Under the pieces are notes generated by a model. The model saw nothing but the letters and a program-made list of their open reading frames with translations, was not told where the DNA came from and searched no databases. Shown here in pieces: positions 26,557 to 34,093 of a DNA stretch of 64,000 nt (positions are counted from its first letter, which is position 1; each line of letters opens with the position of its first letter). Location: positions 22,837 to 86,836 of the forward strand of contig JBBITT010000002.1 of the NCBI GenBank assembly GCA_037440625.1, given 5' to 3'. This DNA comes from Chloroflexota bacterium. GTDB lineage: Bacteria; Chloroflexota; Anaerolineae; UBA4142. The translations under genes were made by a program, and so were the position numbers.

Positions 26557-29374
26557 AGTATGCCTTACGGTTGACGTTTTTATTTTTCAATGCGCGATTG
26601 AATGTTTGAGCCAGCCTATTCATCTTTGCGCCACGTTTCAGATGGATGCGCAACACACGGCGACCATTATTCTTTAACGCTTGCCAATCCCCCCACGCTT
26701 GCGCATCAATTAACTTGCCAAACGAGTACGCTACGCCGGGAATCTTGACATCGCGCGCGTGATCGGTCGTGATTTGAATAGCCAGCACATTGTTCGCGCC
26801 GCCTTTGTGTAACTGCCCCGTCGAATGCAAAAAACGCGGACCATAACCGAGCGTCGTCGCGATCTGGAGAGCATTGCGTACCGTAACGCGGATCTTTTTC
26901 AACGCGGCATTGTTTGCCGGGGTCTTTTGCAGATACGCCATCAACGCCAGATAATCGCCGGATTGCGCCAATTTAAAATACGATGCAAGCGCGTCGCGCA
27001 GATTCTTTGCCAGAATGGGCACGGTCGCATACACCGCAAACTGTTTGTTCTCCCAAACCGGTTTTTCCGTCATTGGTCGTCGGTCGTCGGTCAAAACTGC
27101 TCGCGCATTTTTCTTGGCTTCTTCCACATTTGGCTGATCAAAGGCATTGATCCCCATCAGCGCGCCAGCGACTGCAATCGCAAACTCCCACCGGAAAAAT
27201 TCGGCGCCAATATCGTACGCGTCACGCAACGGGGTACGAATAATCGGATGACCGATCTTTGCCAACGCGCGCAAGGTACGTTCGATGGTTGGGGTTGAGT
27301 GCTCGCCGAGTTGAATGCACACAAACACGCGATCCATCCCGTACGCCGCCGGCTTGCCGAGTGGTTCGCCGTCCATCGGCACGAGCCCCTTGCCCTCTTT
27401 GCCGGTGGATTCGGCGATGAGTTGTTCTGCCCACGCGCCAAACGTTGCCAGTTGTTTCGGCGTGATAAAGGTAATCTTGTCGCGTCCGTGTTGGGCAAGC
27501 GTTGCCAAGGTTACCCCCAGCCATTCGCCGGGATTTTCTTCGGCGGGGACATTTGCCGCACACGCGCCCATCATCTCTTCGGCGCGGTCGAGCAATTTGG
27601 CGAGGTCAATCCCCATCAGCGCCGCTGGCCCGAGTCCAAAGAACGAGAGTGCAGAATAGCGTCCGCCAATGTCGGACGGATTCAAAAAGACGCGCCGAAA
27701 ATTTTTCTCGCGTGCGAGTTTTTCCAAGCCCGACCCGGCATCGGTGATCGCAACAAAGTTCGATGCGGGCGCGAGTGTAGCAAAATAGTTGTAATGCGAG
27801 AGCGTTTCGATCGTTCCGCCGGATTTGCTGGCGATGATGAACAAGGTTTGCTTGGGATTGATCTTGCGGGCAAGCGCGCGCACCGTGGCTGGATCGGTTG
27901 TATCGAGAATAAACAGTTGCGGAAATCCTTTAGCAATGCCTATCACATCGCGTAACGTTTCCACGCAGAGCGAACTGCCGCCCATTCCGCACAACACAAT
28001 CGTTTTGAACCGGGCACGTTTGATTTCGGTGGCGAACGCTTGCAAGTCGGTGAGATGCGCGCGCATCTTGCTTGCTACATCCAGCCAACCCAAGCGAATC
28101 GAAATTTCGGCGATGTGGGCGGGCTCGGTCTTCCACAGCGTCGCCTCTTTATTCCACACTCGATTCGCGACGCCGTTTTGTTCCGCCGCCGCCAAATTTT
28201 CGCTGACCGCGTTCAAATAGTTGCCCAACGTTGCACGGTGGCGTGTCTTTGCCGCGTCAACAATTTTGGTCTGAATACTCGCCAGTAATTGATCGAACGA
28301 TTGCGCAAACTTGATCACGCCTTCGTCCAACACCTGTTGCGTTACGGCTTGCATCGAGATGCCGACCGATTCCAAATCATTGAGCACTTGCCGCGCGGCG
28401 TCTAAATCTTCTTCCAGCGTCAAACGCGCCTTGCCGTGATCGCGGAACGCATCAATCGTTTCAAACGGCAGAGTGTTGATTGTGTGGGGACCGATCAGCG
28501 TGTCCACGTAAAGCGTGTCGGGGTAGGCTGGGTTTTTGGTACTTGTGCTTGCCCAGAGTGGTCGTTGCACACGCGCGCCTTTGGCTTGCAGGGCGATAAA
28601 GCGCGGATCGGCGAAAATTTTTTTGAACCATTGGTACGCCAGTTTAGCGTTTGCAATCGCCGCCTTGCCGCCCAGCGATTCAAGTTTGGCTTTCAACGTT
28701 GGATCGGTGGTCGCACGCAACTTGTCTTGCAAGAGTTTATCGGCGAGGGTGTCAATGCGGCTGACAAAGAAACTAGCGACGGAGGCGATGCGATCAATCG
28801 GTTTGCCTTCTTGCGTGCGGCGTTCTAACGCGCGAATGTACGCCCACGCGACTTGCTCGTACGCTTGAATCGCAAAGAGGAGCGTGATGTTGACGTTGAC
28901 GCCGGCGTACAAACATTCTTCGATGGCGGGGATGCCGGCGGGGGTGCCCGGAATTTTGATCATCACGTTGGGGCGATTGACCGCTTTGAAAAAACGTTTG
29001 GCTTCGGCGATGGTGCCGGCGGTGTCGTGCGCGAGTTTGGGCGATACCTCGATGCTGACGAATCCGTCTTTGCCTTCGGTTTGTTCGTACACCGGGCGAA
29101 AGACATCGCACGCCATTCGCACATCTTCGATGGCCAGCGTCTCGTAAATTTCCAATGCGTTCTTGCCCTGCGCGATCAACTTTTGAATTGCGTCATTGTA
29201 GTCATCACTGCCCGCAATCGCTTTTTCAAAAATCGTTGGGTTGGCGGTCTCGCCGCTAATGCCATCCTGTTCGATCAATTGCGCTAGCCCGCCCGATTGA
29301 ATATGTCCGCGCCGAATACTATCGAGCCAAACCGATTGCCCCAGTTGTTTGAGTTCTAGAAGGGGATTGGACAT
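26546..29374 (-). CDS. Bifunctional transaldolase / glucose-6-phosphate isomerase fusion
   Basis: 942 aa. The N-terminal ~370 aa are transaldolase-like (..[12 protein letters not shown].., ..SIEVSP..). The C-terminal ~570 aa are PGI-like (..GMGGSSL.., ..[11 protein letters not shown].., ..GGRYS..). Confidence 0.88.
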   Translation of the reverse strand: MSNPLLELKQLGQSVWLDSIRRGHIQSGGLAQLIEQDGISGETANPTIFEKAIAGSDDYNDAIQKLIAQGKNALEIYETLAIEDVRMACDVFRPVYEQTEGKDGFVSIEVSPKLAHDTAGTIAEAKRFFKAVNRPNVMIKIPGTPAGIPAIEECLYAGVNVNITLLFAIQAYEQVAWAYIRALERRTQEGKPIDRIASVASFFVSRIDTLADKLLQDKLRATTDPTLKAKLESLGGKAAIANAKLAYQWFKKIFADPRFIALQAKGARVQRPLWASTSTKNPAYPDTLYVDTLIGPHTINTLPFETIDAFRDHGKARLTLEEDLDAARQVLNDLESVGISMQAVTQQVLDEGVIKFAQSFDQLLASIQTKIVDAAKTRHRATLGNYLNAVSENLAAAEQNGVANRVWNKEATLWKTEPAHIAEISIRLGWLDVASKMRAHLTDLQAFATEIKRARFKTIVLCGMGGSSLCVETLRDVIGIAKGFPQLFILDTTDPATVRALARKINPKQTLFIIASKSGGTIETLSHYNYFATLAPASNFVAITDAGSGLEKLAREKNFRRVFLNPSDIGGRYSALSFFGLGPAALMGIDLAKLLDRAEEMMGACAANVPAEENPGEWLGVTLATLAQHGRDKITFITPKQLATFGAWAEQLIAESTGKEGKGLVPMDGEPLGKPAAYGMDRVFVCIQLGEHSTPTIERTLRALAKIGHPIIRTPLRDAYDIGAEFFRWEFAIAVAGALMGINAFDQPNVEEAKKNARAVLTDDRRPMTEKPVWENKQFAVYATVPILAKNLRDALASYFKLAQSGDYLALMAYLQKTPANNAALKKIRVTVRNALQIATTLGYGPRFLHSTGQLHKGGANNVLAIQITTDHARDVKIPGVAYSFGKLIDAQAWGDWQALKNNGRRVLRIHLKRGAKMNRLAQTFNRALKNKNVNRKAYYDI

Positions 29375-29378
29375 TGCG

Positions 29379-29849
29379 CTATTCCTTTCTAGCGTTGCCG
29401 TGCTGTTCCTTTTCGATCTCTGACACCTTGTTCATTCGCCGGACAAAGCGTTCGCCGCCATCGAATTGGGCGGACACGAACGCGCGCACCAGTTCGCGTG
29501 CGAGTTCATCGCCGATGATGCGCCCGCCCAGCGCGAGCACGTTCATATTGTCATGCTCGACACCCTGCCGCGCCGAGTACGAGTCGTGGCACAAACACGC
29601 GCGGATGCCGCGCATCTTGTTCGCGGCAATCGTAACGCCCACGCCGCTGCCGCAAATGACGATGCCGCGTTCGGCTTCGCCGCGCTGAATTGCCAAACCG
29701 ACCGCGCGCGCAAAATCCGGGTAATCGTCTTTAGCGTCATAGGTCATTGCGCCACAATCAATGAGAGTGTGCCCAAGTCTTTTCAATTCATCCACAACGG
29801 CTTGTTTGATGGGAAAGCCGCCGTGATCCGTGCCAACGGCAATGTTCAT
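29379..29849 (-). CDS. rpiB: Ribose-5-phosphate isomerase B
   Basis: MNIAVGTDHGG.. and ..ICGSGVGVTIAANK.. (RpiB/LacAB). The start was set at the internal ATG, residue 11 of the ORF. Confidence 0.88.
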   Translation of the reverse strand: MNIAVGTDHGGFPIKQAVVDELKRLGHTLIDCGAMTYDAKDDYPDFARAVGLAIQRGEAERGIVICGSGVGVTIAANKMRGIRACLCHDSYSARQGVEHDNMNVLALGGRIIGDELARELVRAFVSAQFDGGERFVRRMNKVSEIEKEQHGNARKE

Positions 29850-30026
29850 TCTAGAACTCCATTTTGATGCGAGTGCCAAGCAAATTCAGTGTCCTTGCGA
29901 GACGCGTTCTTTGCTCTGCTCACAACGACACTGGCGATAAATGTTTGTGAATCCCTGCTGTCCATTGTAATCTCAAAGGAATGTCGAGAGCGCAAAGAAA
30001 ATGTTAGAGTTCGACGTGGAGCATCT

Positions 30027-30353
30027 CTACTTCAACTGAGAAAACGTGGTCGGTCGGAGAATCAAGTTGGTGATGTGCGTGGTTAGTGGTCCGTCTTTCT
30101 CGGTCTCGGCTCTTGCCTTAATCCAGTCCGGATCGCTTTGAAACGCATCCCATTTTTGTACGCGTTCGTTGAGATCGTTCCATTCCAAGAGGTAATACAC
30201 GTCGTTGTTGCTCTCGCCGATCAGCGTTGTCCAAAAGCCAACCTGCCGAATACCGTACTTGTCCCAAAATTTGAGCGTGATGGTTTCAAAGCGTTTGAGC
30301 AATTGCGGCAGTTTGCCGGGAGTGGCATGATAGATGCGTAGTTCGTAGATCAT
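30027..30353 (-). CDS. NIPSNAP-family protein
   Basis: MIYELRIYH..PGK........F.. with a dimeric alpha-beta-barrel pattern. ATGA overlap with the upstream kinase gene. Confidence 0.75.
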   Translation of the reverse strand: MIYELRIYHATPGKLPQLLKRFETITLKFWDKYGIRQVGFWTTLIGESNNDVYYLLEWNDLNERVQKWDAFQSDPDWIKARAETEKDGPLTTHITNLILRPTTFSQLK

Positions 30354-31852
30354 ACTTCTCCTCGCTTGAATTGGTCTTGCATCACGATCTGATTATACAA
30401 CCATTTTTGCCGTTCCATCGCGCGCGCATAAATTTCGTGCCGCGCGGCGTCCGGTGTGAACACTGCGCCGATTTGCGCCGGCAAATCGTTCAACGATTGA
30501 ATGATGCCCAACGCTTTCAACGCCAGCAACGCTGTCCCGCGACTCGTCGCTTCCGGTTCAGCGGAGGCAATCACCGGCACGCCGAGCGTGTCCGCAATAA
30601 TTTGAATCCACGCCGGCGAATTCATCAACGCGCCGCCGCTGGCAATGACGGTGGACGCGCCGGGAACGACGTCGCGTACCAATTGAAAAATCAAACCCAG
30701 CCGGTACGCAATCGCTTCAAGACCGGCACGCAGGATGTCTATCGGACGCGTGCTCAAACTCAAACCGATGATCGCCGCGCGCGCATTCGCATTCCAATTC
30801 GGCGCGCGTTCGCCGGCGAGAAAAGGAAGCACGGTTAAACCGTGCGCGTCCGGTTGCATCGCGGCGAGGATGTGTTCGACTTGGGTATCAAGGCGTAGTG
30901 TCTCATTCATCCACGCAAACAAGTTGCCGCCTTCGCTCAATGCGCCGCCCAGCAATTCCAGATCGCGGCTGACACTGTACGACCACAGACCCCACGGAAT
31001 CGGACGGGTGCCGCGCGGATACGTTACGCGCATCGCACTACTCGTGCCAATCGTCAACGCGATGCGTAAAGGGTCCACGCATCCGCTTCCCAGATTGGCG
31101 GTTGCACCATCGCCAATCGTTGGAAAAAATTTTGCCGCGCGCAACGCCGACCAGCGCTTGGCGTACTCGCCGTGCAACGCGCCGACATTATGATCGTGAT
31201 CAACCAGCGGCGAGAGTTGGGATCGCGTAATGGGCAATTGAGCAATCAGTTCCTCGTCCCAATCCAATTTCTGCCGATTGAGCAAACCCGTCCACGACGC
31301 CACCGAATAACTGCATGCGCGCTCACCCGTCCAACGCCACAAAAAATATTCGCCGAGCGACATCCAATATTTTACGCGCTTGAACTCGTCGGCACGGTTG
31401 CGGGCGAGCCACAAGAATCGTGCAGGCAGATAACTGGAATGAAACAAGGTGCCGACGCGCTGATGCGTGGCGCGTTCATCCAAACGTGCGCGCAGTTCTG
31501 CCACTTGGCGTGCATTGCGCGTATCGGCGTACGTGAACACCGGCGTAACCGCGCGTCCATCCGCGTCCACGCCCAGAACATTCGAGACGAGCGAATCGGA
31601 CGCGACGGCAACGATGTGATGCGCGCGCGCGCCGGCTTGAGCGAGTAAATCATCCATCGCGCGTTCGGCACAAGCGAGCAGGGTGTCCGCATCGGCTTCC
31701 ACACCGCCGTCCGGCGTGGTGTGCATCTCGTACTTGAATTGGGCTTCGCTGTCCGGCACCGCGCGTGCTTGTTCATCGAACAGCATGGCGCGCGTAGAGG
31801 AAGTGCCGATGTCGAGGGTCAGGATATATGTCTGAGGTGAGATTGCTGACAA
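30350..31852 (-). CDS. FGGY-family carbohydrate kinase (gluconokinase-like)
   Basis: Contains ..YILTLDIGTSSTRA.. and the FGGY C-terminal domain. The ORF opens at TTG 31912 inside a heptamer array. TTG 31852 is preferred because GGAG lies 7 nt upstream. The start is uncertain. Confidence 0.8.
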   Translation of the reverse strand: MSAISPQTYILTLDIGTSSTRAMLFDEQARAVPDSEAQFKYEMHTTPDGGVEADADTLLACAERAMDDLLAQAGARAHHIVAVASDSLVSNVLGVDADGRAVTPVFTYADTRNARQVAELRARLDERATHQRVGTLFHSSYLPARFLWLARNRADEFKRVKYWMSLGEYFLWRWTGERACSYSVASWTGLLNRQKLDWDEELIAQLPITRSQLSPLVDHDHNVGALHGEYAKRWSALRAAKFFPTIGDGATANLGSGCVDPLRIALTIGTSSAMRVTYPRGTRPIPWGLWSYSVSRDLELLGGALSEGGNLFAWMNETLRLDTQVEHILAAMQPDAHGLTVLPFLAGERAPNWNANARAAIIGLSLSTRPIDILRAGLEAIAYRLGLIFQLVRDVVPGASTVIASGGALMNSPAWIQIIADTLGVPVIASAEPEATSRGTALLALKALGIIQSLNDLPAQIGAVFTPDAARHEIYARAMERQKWLYNQIVMQDQFKRGEV

Positions 31853-31911
31853 GACAAAACTCCGCTTTGGGTTGAACCGCGAACCTAGCGCACGCAACGA
31901 ATAAAAAACCA

Positions 31912-31967
31912 AAATCTGAAATCCGAAATCTGAGATCTGAATTCTGAAATCTGAAATCTAAAATCCT
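31912..31967. repeat. Eight tandem heptamers, consensus AAATCTG
   Basis: AAATCTG AAATCCG AAATCTG AGATCTG AATTCTG AAATCTG AAATCTA AAATCCT. The last units supply the final codons and stop of the phosphatase gene. Confidence 0.85.
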
Positions 31968-32572
31968 AAATGGCTGGTGTCGTTCATCAAGGTTACCACC
32001 CAACCCGGCTCGCGTTTTTCAAAAACGTTGATGCACGCATTGTCTTGGCGAATCCGCCACAGCGCATTGGCATCAAGCCCCAGGACAACGCACAGCATCG
32101 CACCGCAGACTACTTTGTGTGAACAGAGCGCAATTGTTTCGCCAGCGTGTTTTTCCGTCAGTTCATCGAGCATTGCCACCAGACGGGTGCGCATCACTTT
32201 GAACGATTCGCCTTTGGGAAACTTGACCTTGCCCGGCGTCGTGAGCCATTTTTCGATGACCTCTGGAAACGCAGCCCGGGCTTCGTCAACGGTCATGCCT
32301 TCAAGGGCACCAAAGTCAATATCGAGCAAGCCGGGATGCTGGCGGATTTCCAAATGCATTCGATCGGCAAGGGGTTGGACGGTTTGGATCGCGCGTTGAA
32401 GCGGGCTGGTGTAGAGTGCGGTGATTTCTTCTTTGGCAAGTCGTGCGGCGATTTTTTCGGCTTGGGCTTTGCCGACATCGTTCAACGGCAAATCGGCGCG
32501 TCCGCGAAAGCGTTCGTCGCCGCGGTTCCATTCCGTTTGCCCGTGCCGAATCAGGATGAAACGTGTGGTCAT
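31958..32572 (-). CDS. Histidine phosphatase family (phosphoglycerate-mutase-like) protein
   Basis: N-terminal ..LIRHGQTEWN.. RHG motif. Confidence 0.85.
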   Translation of the reverse strand: MTTRFILIRHGQTEWNRGDERFRGRADLPLNDVGKAQAEKIAARLAKEEITALYTSPLQRAIQTVQPLADRMHLEIRQHPGLLDIDFGALEGMTVDEARAAFPEVIEKWLTTPGKVKFPKGESFKVMRTRLVAMLDELTEKHAGETIALCSHKVVCGAMLCVVLGLDANALWRIRQDNACINVFEKREPGWVVTLMNDTSHLGF

Positions 32573-32584
32573 TGCTTGTCTCCA

Positions 32585-33733
32585 TCAAATTAGTAAGAAT
32601 AGTGCGAGTGCCGCGAGCGCACCCATTCCACCCCCAAACCAAAACGGCGCGGCAGGATTCAGAGTCATCAAAAAGCCGGCAAGCATCGAAGCGGGAAGCA
32701 AGCCAATGCCGGTTGCGGTGGCGTGCAAGCCGATGAGAGTGGCGCGCAAATCTTGCGGCGCAATGTCGGACACAAACGCTTTTTCGACGCCTTCGGTCAG
32801 TGCGATATAGATGCCGTAGACAGCGAACAGCATCCACAACGCCGTGGCCGTGGCGAGCGCAAAGCCAAAATAGACGATGCCATACGTGAGATAACCCAAC
32901 ACCAACAGCGTCTTGCGTCCAATGCGATCCGATAAACGCCCGGCGGGCCAAGAGAGAATCGCGTAAACGAGATTAAAGACCAGATACATCAGGATTACAG
33001 TCGCGTCATCATTGCCTAGACTCTTGGCGCGCAAAAGCAAGAATTGGTTCGACGAGTTACCCAGCGCAAAGATGAAAATAATGACCAAGAATAATTTTAG
33101 CCGCCGATCCAGTGCACGCCAACGCGCGCCAAAATTTTTCCACCATGCTTCTTTGACCGTTGTTTCTTGGCGCGGCACGATTTTTTCGCGCACCAGAAAC
33201 AGGACGCCCACACCCAGAAACGCCGGAATCAGGGCGAGCAAAAAGACATGGCTAAAACTATCGTTGAATGAGATAAAAAGTAGATACGCCAGAATCACAC
33301 CCAGACTTGCGCCCGCCGTATCGAGCGCGCGGTGCAAGCCGAACGCATTGCCGCGTTGGTCCGGCGGCGTGGAATCAGCGATGAGAGCGTCGCGTGGTGC
33401 GGTACGAATTCCTTTGCCAAAGCGATCGCTGATGCGCCCTACAAGCACGAGTTGCCACGTGGTGGAAAGATACAAGAACAGTTTACCAATCGTGCTGGAG
33501 GCATATCCCAAGATTGCAATCGGTTTGCGTTGTTGGATACGATCCGACCATGCGCCGGAAAAAACGCGCAGCAAACTTGCCAAACTTTCGGAGAGGCCTT
33601 CGATGAGACCGACAATCGCGGGCGAAGCACCGATGCGTGCGGAAGTAAGATACAATGGCAGAAGAGGATACACCATTTCGGTACTGATGTCGGTGAGGAA
33701 GCTAGCAATCCCAAGAATGATGACGTTGAACAA
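32585..33733 (-). CDS. MFS transporter
   Basis: 382 aa, about 12 TM helices, with ..GRISDRFGKG.. and ..GRLSDRIGRK.. MFS loop motifs. TTG start with a GGAGG SD. Confidence 0.85.
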   Translation of the reverse strand: MFNVIILGIASFLTDISTEMVYPLLPLYLTSARIGASPAIVGLIEGLSESLASLLRVFSGAWSDRIQQRKPIAILGYASSTIGKLFLYLSTTWQLVLVGRISDRFGKGIRTAPRDALIADSTPPDQRGNAFGLHRALDTAGASLGVILAYLLFISFNDSFSHVFLLALIPAFLGVGVLFLVREKIVPRQETTVKEAWWKNFGARWRALDRRLKLFLVIIFIFALGNSSNQFLLLRAKSLGNDDATVILMYLVFNLVYAILSWPAGRLSDRIGRKTLLVLGYLTYGIVYFGFALATATALWMLFAVYGIYIALTEGVEKAFVSDIAPQDLRATLIGLHATATGIGLLPASMLAGFLMTLNPAAPFWFGGGMGALAALALFLLI

Positions 33734-33768
33734 ATAACGCCTCCAAGTGTGCGAGTACGAACGATTGG

Positions 33769-33797
33769 ATTATATACCCAAGGTGAATGAGCGTCAA
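33769..33797 (-). promoter_or_regulatory. Sigma-70-type promoter for the MFS gene
   Basis: On the minus strand: TTGACG (33797-33792), a 17-nt spacer, then TATAAT (33774-33769). It sits about 36 nt upstream of the start codon. Confidence 0.6.
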
Positions 33798-33841
33798 AGG
33801 TTTATTGCTGTTGATTCAGGGCTGTTGCCAAGTCAGATCGG

Positions 33842-33945
33842 GCGACTAAAGTCGCAGCCACCAAGTACTCCAAGCCTGCCTCCGCAGGCTGGATTCTAGC
33901 CGACGCAGGTCGGCTTCGGGTAGGGGTTGCAGCGAATTGATTCGC
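33842..33945. repeat. Cluster of four GC-rich tetraloop mini-hairpins
   Basis: GCGAC taaa GTCGC (33842-55); AGCCTGC ctcc GCAGGCT (33873-90); AGCCGAC gcag GTCGGCT (33898-915); GCGAA ttga TTCGC (33932-45). Confidence 0.6.
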
Positions 33946-33993
33946 CCAACACGATGGCGGTAAAATCGAGCCCCCCGTGGCGAATCTGAGATT

Positions 33994-34022
33994 TTGCCAA
34001 TTTGCTCTCTTTATGTTAGAAT
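33994..34022 (+). promoter_or_regulatory. Sigma-70-type promoter for the large glycoside-hydrolase-like gene
   Basis: TTGCCA (33994-33999), a 17-nt spacer, then TAGAAT (34017-34022). Confidence 0.55.
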
Positions 34023-34093
34023 CGGTGGCAACTGCTCCTGCAGTTTAGAACAATAAATTGCAGGAGCGTTTAGTTAGAACGAGGTAAAGAAAA

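Noticed and set aside
31912-31967. Tandem repeat array as a possible CRISPR locus
   Set aside because: The units are 7 nt with no spacers, the array is only 56 nt long, and no cas genes are in the window. It is a microsatellite-like heptamer array, not a CRISPR.
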